Shown here in pieces: positions 15,362 through 26,457 of a stretch of DNA of 56,936 bases. The position numbers were made by a program, and so were the translations under genes. The stretch covers positions 45,456,694-45,513,629 of the forward strand of contig NC_068981.1 of the NCBI RefSeq assembly GCF_001194135.2. Direction: 5' to 3'. Every line of letters begins with the position of its first letter. The first letter of the stretch is position 1. Source of the DNA: Octopus bimaculoides. Lineage: Eukaryota. The notes below the pieces were generated by a model. It had not been told where the DNA came from and made no database searches. It saw only the letters and a list, made by a program, of their open reading frames with translations.

Positions 15362-16081
15362 AGGGCTTTCCTATAAGTAGGTTATCTCCCTTGGCTAGGC
15401 GGCGCTCCATGTAGATAATTAAACTTCCGGAGGCTAACCCACGCCATTGTTATTGTTTTACGTCTTTTCATGGATATAAAGCAGCTTGATGAATCAGCTA
15501 TCAACGTATTTACTGTGCCTGAGTTAAAGAAATATTTAAGATTATATGGACAGTAAGTTACTGGAAGAAAGGCGGACTTGATTGAAAGGTTGAAAGGTAT
15601 AAAAATTCTGTCGATATGTCAACAAAGTAAATTCATCGGACGATAAGTCTGAAGTATTGGACGATACTTCAGACAGGAATAAGCAGAAGCTTATATCTCA
15701 TTTCGGTGAAGTATTGCCTGATCTAAAGATCTTTGTAAGTTGCCGAATTTCACAGATAATGACATAATTACCTCGTGCTACGGATGAAACCAAAGCAACA
15801 GTTAAGGAGTGGCATACCACGACAGACACGTACACAGCATCGAATACCACGATGTGAGTGAAAGCTGCTCTCACTGTATTGTCCGGTGTCTGGTAATGCC
15901 TTCGATACCGACATCTAACCAAAAAAAGAATCCTGACCACAGAGTGTGGGTAATTATGTCAAATGTCACTGGCAATGTGCATTCAGCTGATTGCAACTGT
16001 TAAAGCAAGTCACTGAGCATGCGTACATGTCATACGGGAGAGTTCCAATCAGGGATGGATAACACCTTATAGGAAAGCCCT
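15362..16081 (+). mobile_element. Non-autonomous DNA transposon, 720 bp, with 16-bp perfect TIRs and a 3-bp TAT TSD
   Basis: AGGGCTTTCCTATAAG at 15362-15377 is the exact reverse complement of CTTATAGGAAAGCCCT at 16066-16081, with imperfect extension to about 30 bp. TAT flanks both ends (15359-15361, 16082-16084). Confidence 0.9.
15470..16003 (+). pseudogene. Decayed SAP-domain plus SWIM zinc-finger transposon accessory gene, 3'-truncated
   Basis: ATG at 15470 gives MDIKQLDESAINVFTVPELKKYLRLYGQ*VTGRKADLIERLKG (SAP motif, stop at 15554). Frameshifted segments KLPNFTDNDI and YLVLRMKPKQQLRS follow, then AYHDRHVHSIEYHDVSESCSHCIVRCLVMPSIPTSNQKKNPDHRVWVIMSNVTGNVHSADCNC, ending at a SWIM-like CxC. 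Confidence 0.75.
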
Positions 16082-16585
16082 TATAGCGTATGTGTTCATC
16101 CCAGCTGGACGAGACGCCAGTCCATCGCAGCGTTACACAAGAAACAGGAAGAAAGTGTTCGAGAAATTTGGAGCGAAAGAGAACAGGGGCCGCGCGCCCA
16201 CGCGCGCACACAAACACATTGACACACACCCATGCGCACGCGCGCGCATGCACACACGGACACACGTATATCCCCATTCAATACAGCATTCTCTAATATA
16301 CAAACATGCTACTCGTAACCCGCATACGGCAACTAACCCACACATAAGATATATATGCACATACACTACACTCAACCTCTCTCTTACACACACACACTCA
16401 CTCTCTCTCTTACTCTCTCTCTTTCAGACACACACAAACACGCATACTTATTGGCCATTTTCGCATTCTCTTGCTTTCTAAAACTGGAAAGTCCAGTTAG
16501 TAATTTTTCCACCATGTAACGCCACGCGTGCATTTATCCGGATTAACTGATCCTTCTTGTTTTGCCTCCGCTCTAGAATTTCTTC

Positions 16586-16620
16586 TCCTTTGGACGAAGA
16601 GCCATACTCGAAACGTCATT
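16586..16620 (+). ncRNA. Degenerate minimal hammerhead motif (Penelope-like LTR remnant)
   Basis: tGGACGA-a-gag-ccata-ctc-GAAA-cg-tc: stem II and the GAAAC-GUC part are present, but core positions 3-4 are mutated and stem I is weak. Confidence 0.35.
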
Positions 16621-17352
16621 TCATCTCCTTTTATTCCATCTGAAATTTATATATACGCATATAAGTATGTGCTGTGTACATTAAGACTAGAAGTCAGCTG
16701 TGAATATTATGCATGTAATTATGAAACAAATAATGTGACCTCAATATACCTCATGACAGCTCTTGCATAACATACTACAAACCAATTTCTTTTTCTCAAA
16801 ATTTTGCCAAATGTTTACAGTAAACGGCCACACAAAAATTATATTACACACGATAATGAAAGGGAAAGCGCTGAATTGTACTCTAGAAGAGTTCGGATAA
16901 CGTTGAAGATCGCATATGGTGCATTTGATACCGGAAAAAAAATTATAGCTTACACTTCTAGTGGAGATATTGCTGTTTGTCGCTCTGGATTGCAATGTTT
17001 TACAAACACACATATACATGTATATATAAATATATTTATATTTATACATAACGAGAGATAGATAGAGAGAGAGAGTGTGTGTGTGTGAGTGAATGCGTGA
17101 GTGAGTGAGTAACTGAGTGAGTAAATCACAAGGACGGAGATTAAAAGAAAGTAGAAGTATTTATTCGGATCACTGATAATGCTATTCAAACATTTGAACG
17201 GTTATTATTCATGCGTCCAACAATCATTTATTTATTTAATGCTTTAAAAATATTAAGATTTTACGAATATAATGCTAACATTATCAGCCAGATTCACTGT
17301 GTCTTAGATTGAAAGTGATCACAAACAGCAGTTTTAATATATCAAGTACATC

Positions 17353-17532
17353 AAGGCGGTTAGCTTTCAAAATCGTAAGCATGTCGGGTAAAACGCTTAT
17401 TGGAATTTAGTCAGTATATACATCTCTTAGTTCAATTGTTGCTGAAGTCGACTTTACTTCTCCCAGCCTTTTGGGATCGATGTAGCAGACTTAATCCTTG
17501 CCCTGAAGTTGTCGGCTTTGTGCCAATGTCTG
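17353..17532 (+). mobile_element. SINE family A copy with internal deletion
   Basis: aaggcggttagct..gtcgactttacttc..ttttgggatcgatgtagcagactta..ggctttgtgcca. Confidence 0.75.
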
Positions 17533-17547
17533 CATATATGTATATGC

Positions 17548-17725
17548 AAAAGCGGTGAGCCGGTAGACTCTTCGGTTTCCGGGCAAAATACTGTCCGGCA
17601 AGTTGCCGACCTTTAAGTTCTGATTTCAATTTCGCCGCGTTCCACTTAAACAAGTACTGGAGTCGAAGTAATTGACTAACCCAATCTCTTGAAATTGCTA
17701 GTCGTGTGCCAGAATTTGAAACCGA
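17548..17725 (+). mobile_element. SINE family A copy with internal deletion, tandem to the previous copy
   Basis: aaagcggtgagccggtag..gttctgatttcaatttcgccgcg..aagtactggagtcgaagtaattgactaa..aaattgctagtcgtgtgccagaatttgaaacc. Confidence 0.75.
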
Positions 17726-17821
17726 TAAATACATATTCAACTGCCTGCTAAACACTCACGCTTCCCCTTTCCTCTGTCTCTCTATTTAAGTACATATGTG
17801 TATAATTACAATTACATACAC

Positions 17822-17871
<50 letters not shown>

Positions 17872-18585
17872 ATANNNNNNNNNNNNNNNNNNNNNNNNNN
17901 NNNNNNNNNNNNNNNNNNNNNNNNNNNNNNNNNNNNNNNNNNNNNNNNNNNNNNNNNNNNNNNNNNNNNNNNNNNNNNNNNNNNNNNNNNNNNNNNNNNN
18001 NNNNNNNNNNNNNNNNNNNNNNNNNNNNNNNNNNNNNNNNNNNNNNNNNNNNNNNNNNNNNNNNNNNNNNNNNNNNNNNNNNNNNNNNNNNNNNNNNNNN
18101 NNNNNNNNNNNNNNNNNNNNNNNNNNNNNNNNNNNNNNNNNNNNNNNNNNNNNNNNNNNNNNNNNNNNNNNNNNNNNNNNNNNNNNNNNNNNNNNNNNNN
18201 NNNNNNNNNNNNNNNNNNNNNNNNNNNNNNNNNNNNNNNNNNNNNNNNNNNNNNNNNNNNNNNNNNNNNNNNNNNNNNNNNNNNNNNNNNNNNNNNNNNN
18301 NNNNNNNNNNNNNNNNNNNNNNNNNNNNNNNNNNNNNNNNNNNNNNNNNNNNNNNNNNNNNNNNNNNNNNNNNNNNNNNNNNNNNNNNNNNNNNNNNNNN
18401 NNNNNNNNNNNNNNNNNNNNNNNNNNNNNNNNNNNNNNNNNNNNNNNNNNNNNNNNNNNNNNNNNNNNNNNNNNNNNNNNNNNNNNNNNNNNNNNNNNNN
18501 NNNNNNNNNNNNNNNNNNNNNNNNNNNNNNNNNNNNNNNNNNNNNNNNNNNNNNNNNNNNNNNNNNNNNNTATATATATATATAT

Positions 18586-18624
<39 letters not shown>

Positions 18625-18714
18625 CAGACAGACAGATACCGAGGAGAGAGATGATATGACATACTGTAGCTGCTTGAGATATTTGTTTACAAATTTTGGC
18701 AGAAGGTTAGCAAG

Positions 18715-18890
18715 TGTGTGTAAGTCGATTATATCGAGCCCAATTTTCAACTAGTTTCTTTTATTCTATCGACTCTGAAACGATTAATTGCAAACTCAAC
18801 ATCAGTGGAATTTGAACTGAGAACGTAGAGCTGGACGAAATGCCGGTAAGTCTTTGACCCCGCGTGTTTAGGATTCTGCCAGTCACCCCA
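18715..18890 (-). mobile_element. SINE family A copy
   Basis: agtcgattatatcgagccc..ggaatttgaactgagaacgtagagctggacgaaatgccg..gattctgccag is the reverse complement of family A. Confidence 0.8.
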
Positions 18891-20197
18891 TTTAACTTAA
18901 TCTGTCAATATTAACAATTGTACCAATTTGAAAATAGTGATGATGGTTTTGTAGATTATCTAATGCAGTTCACTGGAAAATATAAACAACATATTTTTGT
19001 TTATGGTTTCAAGTGAATTATCAACGTCATTCTAGTCTTTTATTGGTACCCTTTTAAAGTTATGTATTTTGAACCTTTGCAATTATGTTATCCATATATT
19101 TGCATGTAGATATTTGAGTAACAACGAAGATATCCTTCACGTTATTGATATGAAATTGGCAAAATAAATGTCAACAGTTATCTTAACAGCTATAATCAAA
19201 GGAAACCGAATAAAAAATTCGTTTTTAGCTTATATCCAACAGTGTTGTTTTATAATAACATTCAATTTGATCTTAAAATGCAACGAGGCGGGAGTTTATT
19301 GAAGGCTTGTATGTTATAAATGCAAGATACACGGCTTGATACCGCGATCGCTTATGATTGCACAAGATTCTAAATTTAAACTTTCCGTTTGCCAAATAGT
19401 GTTTACCAAACGATGTTTGCTTCGACGAGTTGTTTGTGTTGCTTTAGGCAAGTTTCTTCAAGATAATACTGCAGGTGCAGTTAACTTCATAACACCTCTT
19501 GAAAAATACAAAAGATTTAGTTCAATGATTTCTAAGTCCTTTAGTTTTGTTATTCTACCATCTGATTTGAGATATTTTTCCAAAGTCTAATACTGTTATA
19601 CCTTTATTTTATTTTATTTATCTTAGTTTATTTTAACAGTTGCTTTCTTTTGTATTTTCAAAGATATATTCTAATTCTTTCATCTCAGTAACGAAACACT
19701 AACGTTTATAATCAGATACTGCGATAGATTTTTCAACAAAAGCAATAGACTACTTAGTTAAAAGATTCCTTCTCTCCTATTCTTCTCACTATCAAGAATG
19801 AAACAATGAAATACTCAAAGAGAGACTGGTAACACTTATATTAGCTTCCTGAGCCATGCTTGTGGTTTCTGTAGAAAATATACACGAATTAATGTGTGAG
19901 TCTATATATATATATATATATATATATATNNNNNNNNNNNNNNNNNNNNNNNNNNNNNNNNNNNNNNNNNNNNNNNNNNNNNNNNNNNNNNNNNNNNNNN
20001 NNNNNNNNNNNNNNNNNNNNNNNNNNNNNNNNNNNNNNNNNNNNNNNNNNNNNNNNNNNNNNNNNNNNNNNNNNNNNNNNNNNNNNNNNNNNNNNNNNNN
20101 NNNNNNNNNNNNNNNNNNNNNNNNNNNNNNNNNNNNNNNNNNNNNNNNNNNNNNNNNNNNNNNNNNNNNNNNNNNNNNNNNNNNNNNNNNNNNNNNN

Positions 20198-20231
<34 letters not shown>

Positions 20232-21234
20232 GGTAGGTAGGTAGGTAAGCAGAGTTAGCGGTTATAATAACCAGCTAAGCGCTAAAATATCCGTATATAC
20301 TATCGGTATCAGTTAGGTGTGTTATCTCTGGACATGGGTATGCAGGCACATTATGCTGGTAGATTACAGGTAACAAGAGATTAAAGAAAAGTTTATCAGG
20401 AATCAAATATAAATAATCAGAAAATGTAGAAAACTTCAGATCAACAAACAAATCAATTGGAACCACAACTGAAGTTCATTATTTAATACAAAACATGACA
20501 TAACATTTATATGACGTAACAATTCTTACGGCCGTTTCCGCTTCCGATGCCAGTCGGTGCCTACAAAGAAGTGCGAAAATAATATTCTTCATCTTCAGAG
20601 GACATTCGAACTAGAACACGGAGTTTCATCAGAGTTAATACAAAAGCATCCAAGATAAACAAATAGAAGAGAGAATAAGAAAGAGAACATGGCCTAGAGA
20701 AGAAGTCTGGATAACCAATATATTAAAAACATGCAGTGTACCATCATACGTCTTCGAAGTCTGTAGGTAAATGAATGATCTAGCAATGGTGTATGAGAAA
20801 AAAGAATTCGGGTTATTTCTATATAAAGTGTAACCAAGATGTTTTTAAAATATGTAAAGAAATGGGCAAAAGAAAATAATTATAATACAACAAAATTACT
20901 AATATGTCTATAAAAGGGCATTACATATCCTACCATAAATATCTTTTGTTCATATTTATCGAAAATATTACACCCTTCTTCTACCCATATTCTGAGTTCA
21001 GGTCTTACCTATATCAACAACCTCCATCTTATACAAATTAAGCCTCTCCTCCTTAATATTATCAACTAACCCCCTTAATAATGCCAGATATTTCATTCCT
21101 GAACACAGAGGACTTATGTATTCAACCATAATGTTTAACCACTGATAAATACATCAAATTCTAATTTTTATTTTAAATTTGAAATTTATTTATTTTGTTT
21201 TATTGACCTCAGTGTTACCTTCTTTGCCACTTGT

Positions 21235-21345
21235 TCATTGCCACTGCGTGACATTTTGGGTAAGTATATTTTATTATAGACTCGGGCCGACCAAAGCCTT
21301 GTGAGAGGGTTTGGTAGACAGAAACTGAAAGAAGGCCGTCGTATA
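21235..21345 (+). mobile_element. SINE family B copy, 5' part, running into (CA)n and a gap
   Basis: ccactgcgtgacattttgggtaag..tatagactcgggccgaccaaagccttgtgag..tttggtagacagaaactgaaagaaggccgtcgtata. Confidence 0.88.
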
Positions 21346-21369
21346 TATATATATATGCACACACACACA

Positions 21370-21417
<48 letters not shown>

Positions 21418-22281
21418 NNNNNNNNNNNNNNNNNNNNNNNNNNNNNNNNNNNNNNNNNNNNNNNNNNNNNNNNNNNNNNNNNNNNNNNNNNNNNNNNNNN
21501 NNNNNNNNNNNNNNNNNNNNNNNNNNNNNNNNNNNNNNNNNNNNNNNNNNNNNNNNNNNNNNNNNNNNNNNNNNNNNNNNNNNNNNNNNNNNNNNNNNNN
21601 NNNNNNNNNNNNNNNNNNNNNNNNNNNNNNNNNNNNNNNNNNNNNNNNNNNNNNNNNNNNNNNNNNNNNNNNNNNNNNNNNNNNNNNNNNNNNNNNNNNN
21701 NNNNNNNNNNNNNNNNNNNNNNNNNNNNNNNNNNNNNNNNNNNNNNNNNNNNNNNNNNNNNNNNNNNNNNNNNNNNNNNNNNNNNNNNNNNNNNNNNNNN
21801 NNNNNNNNNNNNNNNNNNNNNNNNNNNNNNNNNNNNNNNNNNNNNNNNNNNNNNNNNNNNNNNNNNNNNNNNNNNNNNNNNNNNNNNNNNNNNNNNNNNN
21901 NNNNNNNNNNNNNNNNNNNNNNNNNNNNNNNNNNNNNNNNNNNNNNNNNNNNNNNNNNNNNNNNNNNNNNNNNNNNNNNNNNNNNNNNNNNNNNNNNNNN
22001 NNNNNNNNNNNNNNNNNNNNNNNNNNNNNNNNNNNNNNNNNNNNNNNNNNNNNNNNNNNNNNNNNNNNNNNNNNNNNNNNNNNNNNNNNNNNNNNNNNNN
22101 NNNNNNNNNNNNNNNNNNNNNNNNNNNNNNNNNNNNNNNNNNNNNNNNNNNNNNNNNNNNNNNNNNNNNNNNNNNNNNNNNNNNNNNNNNNNNNNNNNNN
22201 NNNNNNNNNNNNNNNNNNNNNNNNNNNNNNNNNNNNNNNNNNNNNNNNNNNNNNNNNNNNNNNNNNNNNNNNNNNNNNNNN

Positions 22282-22338
<57 letters not shown>

Positions 22339-23004
22339 TAAATAGAGAAAGAACGGAAGAGAGAAAGAATTGGAACAGCCAAAGATACCCAGACACACGT
22401 ACGCAAAAGCATATCCACCTATATATCAGAGCGCTTGTGAATTCATGGTATTTAATTCTGAAATCATAGGAAATGATACGAATAGGAAGGTTGGATATTC
22501 ATTTGAATATCAAGCGACAACACATGCCATGTTTAATGTGTCAATGTATATTACATCAACGATACATTAAAAATAATATATTAGGTTCTGTTTGAAATGT
22601 ATTTTGTAAATAGAGGAGGCCTGCCTAACTGTAGGATTTGTTTCTATGTAAATGAATGCATTATATTCCGGTTTCTGGCCAATATGATTTAATGCATTTC
22701 TGGGAAATGGATAAATATATTTTTTACTATTGTGTTCCATACATATCTCTTGATTCTCTTCTCTTATGTCCAGATCGGTTACTATCACCAAGACTGTATC
22801 AAACAAAATCAATCACACATAGAATGCTGCTAAAAAGCCATATTTGCTAATTAAGTAGTCGACAGAGACATAACACGGATTTCCTTCTCCTCTTTCATGT
22901 GTAAAATTACGGAGAGCTTTTACCGTTAAAAGGGGTCTTGTGGACAATCGATATACTTCTAAACTGATAAAAGAATATATTTTGTATTTGTGGTATAGAG
23001 AACG

Positions 23005-23026
23005 ATGTTTATTATTATTATTATTA

Positions 23027-23091
<65 letters not shown>

Positions 23092-23150
23092 GTTATTATT
23101 ATCATCATCGTCATCATCATTATCATTATTATTGTTGTTGTTGTCGTTGT
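23005..23150. repeat. Compound (TTA)n-(TCA)n-(TTG)n microsatellite
   Basis: Read directly. Confidence 0.95.
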
Positions 23151-25328
23151 TAATTTTATCATATCGTTATAACTTTTGGTGGTCATAAATATTTGTATAC
23201 AATATGTTTATGTATATGTATATATTATGTATATATGTATATATATACATATATNNNNNNNNNNNNNNNNNNNNNNNNNNNNNNNNNNNNNNNNNNNNNN
23301 NNNNNNNNNNNNNNNNNNNNNNNNNNNNNNNNNNNNNNNNNNNNNNNNNNNNNNNNNNNNNNNNNNNNNNNNNNNNNNNNNNNNNNTATATATATATATA
23401 TATATATATATGTACATTACGATATATATGAATATATAGATATGATAGATATACTGACGGTGTATATATAAGCACACAAGCATACACATCACGAAGCATA
23501 TACACGTCTATAAATAGGACATATGTTCTTTCCACTTGCACATTCGCTGGGCAATTCACCAGCATACATTATGAATATCTGCTTCCCAATGCTTATGGTT
23601 CAGGAATATTATTAAGGCTAGTCACACACCAAATATTATATAATGGTGTCTTTGTCGCGTTTCGGTTATTAAACTGTGGGAAAAAATGAATATATAAATA
23701 TTATGCATACACACATAACGCACGCTCAAGCACGCACACTCATACTCACACACTCACGCACGCACACTCACACTCACACACTCACGCACGCACACATACA
23801 TACATATATGTGTGTGTGTTTCTATATATATTCCTATGCATTAGAAGAGAGATAGAACATATACAGACAGCGATAGAGAAATATAAAGGAGAGATTGAAA
23901 ATGAGTGCGCAAAATTTGAGTGCAAAGCAGTGTTATAGACACAAGTAGCAATGCATATAAAATATTAGATATGATATTTAGTAATAATAATACTTTGAAT
24001 AAGTTAGATTCAATATTTTGGGTTGAACTTTTCTATTTATTGGCTTCCATGAACTTAATGTTTCTATGACACCTGTCAATAATTGTGTCTCGTACTCGTA
24101 ATACCACGCCTATCGTATTATAGAGGTTGTCGCACGTGATTTTAAGGAGGGGAAATCAGGTGCCGGAAATCAGGATAAAAATAAATTAAATTGACTTTGA
24201 GCTTAAGCAATCGAGCATCTAGTGTTAGTCGTTTAAAATCAAGACCATTTGAGAGCAAATTCCTAACGATTATAAACATTATTTTTCGATCAGAATGGGC
24301 TCCACATTTCGTAAGATTCCCAAAGTGTTGTGCATGGTTTTAATGGCAACATGCTATTTGTGTGTATGCGTGTGTGTGTGTATGTTTGCGTGTGTATGTG
24401 TGTATGCGTGTGTGTGTGTGTGTGTGTGTTTCTGTGTACGTGCGCGTGTGTGTGTGTTACAAACATTTTCCCTCGAAATTGTTCGTGTCAATCTGTCTTC
24501 ATTGATAATTTTTCATATAATTAATAAATTTATAATAAAAAAAACCTTCTCCAAATACTGTGACTGTTTAATCGATATGGTGGTATAATAAGTGAAACAG
24601 AACAGGGATGGAAGGAAGTAAAGACATGGTTATTGTGGTGATAGGATGCACCATTGACGGTCAGAAATTTCATTGAGAAAATTTGAAATCAAGTAGGGAT
24701 AGTAATTGGCTATTCAGAGGTACTAGAATAGACAAGCAAATAATTAAATGAATAGATGTGAGGTAGAGGCCAAATATATACTTGAGATAAGGAGTAAGGT
24801 ACAGAAAATGTAGAGAAAGAAATTGCTTTTAGCATAGTTAAGTAATAAGTATGAGCTTAATCATAATTAGGACAAAATCACAAGAATTTTACGTAAAGGA
24901 CAAAATTGAAATACACTTGTGTTTACATGAGAAGATTAAGTCAAAAGACCTGCTGAGTAATAGGGCGTTATAATGTCGAAGGATAGCGAACGATTCCATA
25001 CTACACAACTTAGAAACACAGTGGTTATTATAATGGAAGCCCCAGAATCTACGGACCAGGATAAGTTACAAATGATATTCTGGGAATTGAGGTGGTGAAT
25101 GTATGTAACTAGGGAGATAAAAGTTTTTAAAATTCATTAGTGATTAAATGTATGTGAGCCCTGCGATTGAGATCAAAATTGCAGCCAATATATAACTTAA
25201 ACCTGGACGTAAAGTGGGGTCATTACCTAGCATTTATATACGATATTATAATGTAAGCAAAAACAATCCAGCAGATAGCAATGGAAGACTCGGCAGTTGT
25301 AGGTTTTCCCACTAGCTGTGAGCTTAGG

Positions 25329-25537
25329 ATCAATCCCTATTACATTATTTGCATTATTTGTACTCATCAATCCCTATTACATTATTTATATTATTTGTCC
25401 TCAACTTGTTTGTTGTTCACACAACGTTTCGGCTGATATACCCTCCAGACTTCATCAGGTGTCTCGGGGAAATTTCTCGAACCTGGGTTCTAAGGTATTT
25501 TTTGATGTTGTTGTTGTTGTTATTATTATCATTATGT

Positions 25538-25624
<87 letters not shown>

Positions 25625-25678
25625 TCATTGCTTGGAATCGAACTCGGAATCTTAGCCATTGCGCCATATGCCGTGGGC
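25329..25678 (-). mobile_element. tRNA-headed, microsatellite-containing, hammerhead-bearing non-autonomous retroelement
   Basis: On the minus strand: A-box-like TGGCGCAATGG (25666-25656), B-box GAGTTCGATTCC (25645-25634), (AAT/AAC)n (25620-25505), a unique segment, an HHR (25462-25419) and an A-rich end. Confidence 0.7.
25419..25462 (-). ncRNA. Minimal type I hammerhead ribozyme motif
   Basis: ACAC-CTGATGA-A-GTCTG[GAGGGTATAT]CAGCC-GAAA-CG-TT-GTGT: 4-bp stem I, intact core, stem II with one mismatch, palindromic ACGT stem III and a GUU triplet. Confidence 0.75.
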
Positions 25679-25744
25679 AATTATGGAGTGAATTTTAGGG
25701 CTTATAAATGTAATAATTTCCTATCCTTCCTTAGCAGTGACCTG

Positions 25745-25756
25745 AATAATAATAAT

Positions 25757-25789
<33 letters not shown>

Positions 25790-25875
25790 AAGAAGAAGAA
25801 GAAGANNNNNNNNNNGAAGAAGAAGAAGAAGAAGAAGAAGTAGAAGAACAACAACAACAACAACAACAACAACAG
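25745..25875. repeat. Compound (AAT)n-(AAG)n-(AAC)n microsatellite containing a 10-N gap
   Basis: Read directly. Confidence 0.95.
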
Positions 25876-26420
25876 CATGGATGTGCCACACCGGTCTCTC
25901 CATTCAGAAACAGATTTAATCTAATAGCATCTGTTGAATGGGATAAAGGAACCTGTGGAAGACTTGAAGGAAACGGTATTTTAACGAAAATAATCACGAA
26001 GACGAAATTTTACTGCCATACAAAGTACAGCTTCTCCTATGCACAATGTCTTGGCGAAACATGTGCTAAACACACAAGCGAAATTAACACCAGAAAGTTT
26101 ACAACGTATAAAATAGAACTGGAACAAAACAGTAGGCGCAAAAATTGAGTAATTACGCATACAATCGAATGTCTACATAATCATATATAAATTGTAATAT
26201 CCATAGGACCATACATAAATTCCAATGTTTGCACAGCTACCTAAAATTTGCAGGACACACACGCATACCAAAACACGTGTCACAAACGAAGCAAAACAAA
26301 ATATTTTTTATGTCTCCCTCTCTTATTTCCCCTAATTTAGAATATTGTCATATTTTAACAATTCGTCCATCTCTGTCTCTTTCTCACTATTCTCTCTCTC
26401 CTCTCCTCTCTTTGTTTTTT

Positions 26421-26457
<37 letters not shown>

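Larger units (their letters stand above)
15309..16190. mobile_element. SINE-like host repeat split by the TIR element (15309-15361 and 16082-~16190)
   Basis: The left piece ggctcattggcccggtttccccgtttc and the right piece agcgtatgtgttcatcccagctggacgagacgccagtccatcgcagcg join into a repeat I recall from octopus genomes. Confidence 0.6.

Noticed and set aside
16804-17061. 85-aa ORF (RITLKIAYGAFDTGKKIIAY...) behind a possible acceptor
   Set aside because: No family match recognised, no donor, and it runs into a microsatellite.
20595-20640. Minus-strand CTGATGA-aact/agtt-CGAAT-GTC hammerhead-like string
   Set aside because: GAAA is replaced by GAAT and stem I does not close.
25870-26150. About 95-codon Met-less open frame after (AAC)n
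   Set aside because: No homology recognised and no splice signals; compatible with chance.
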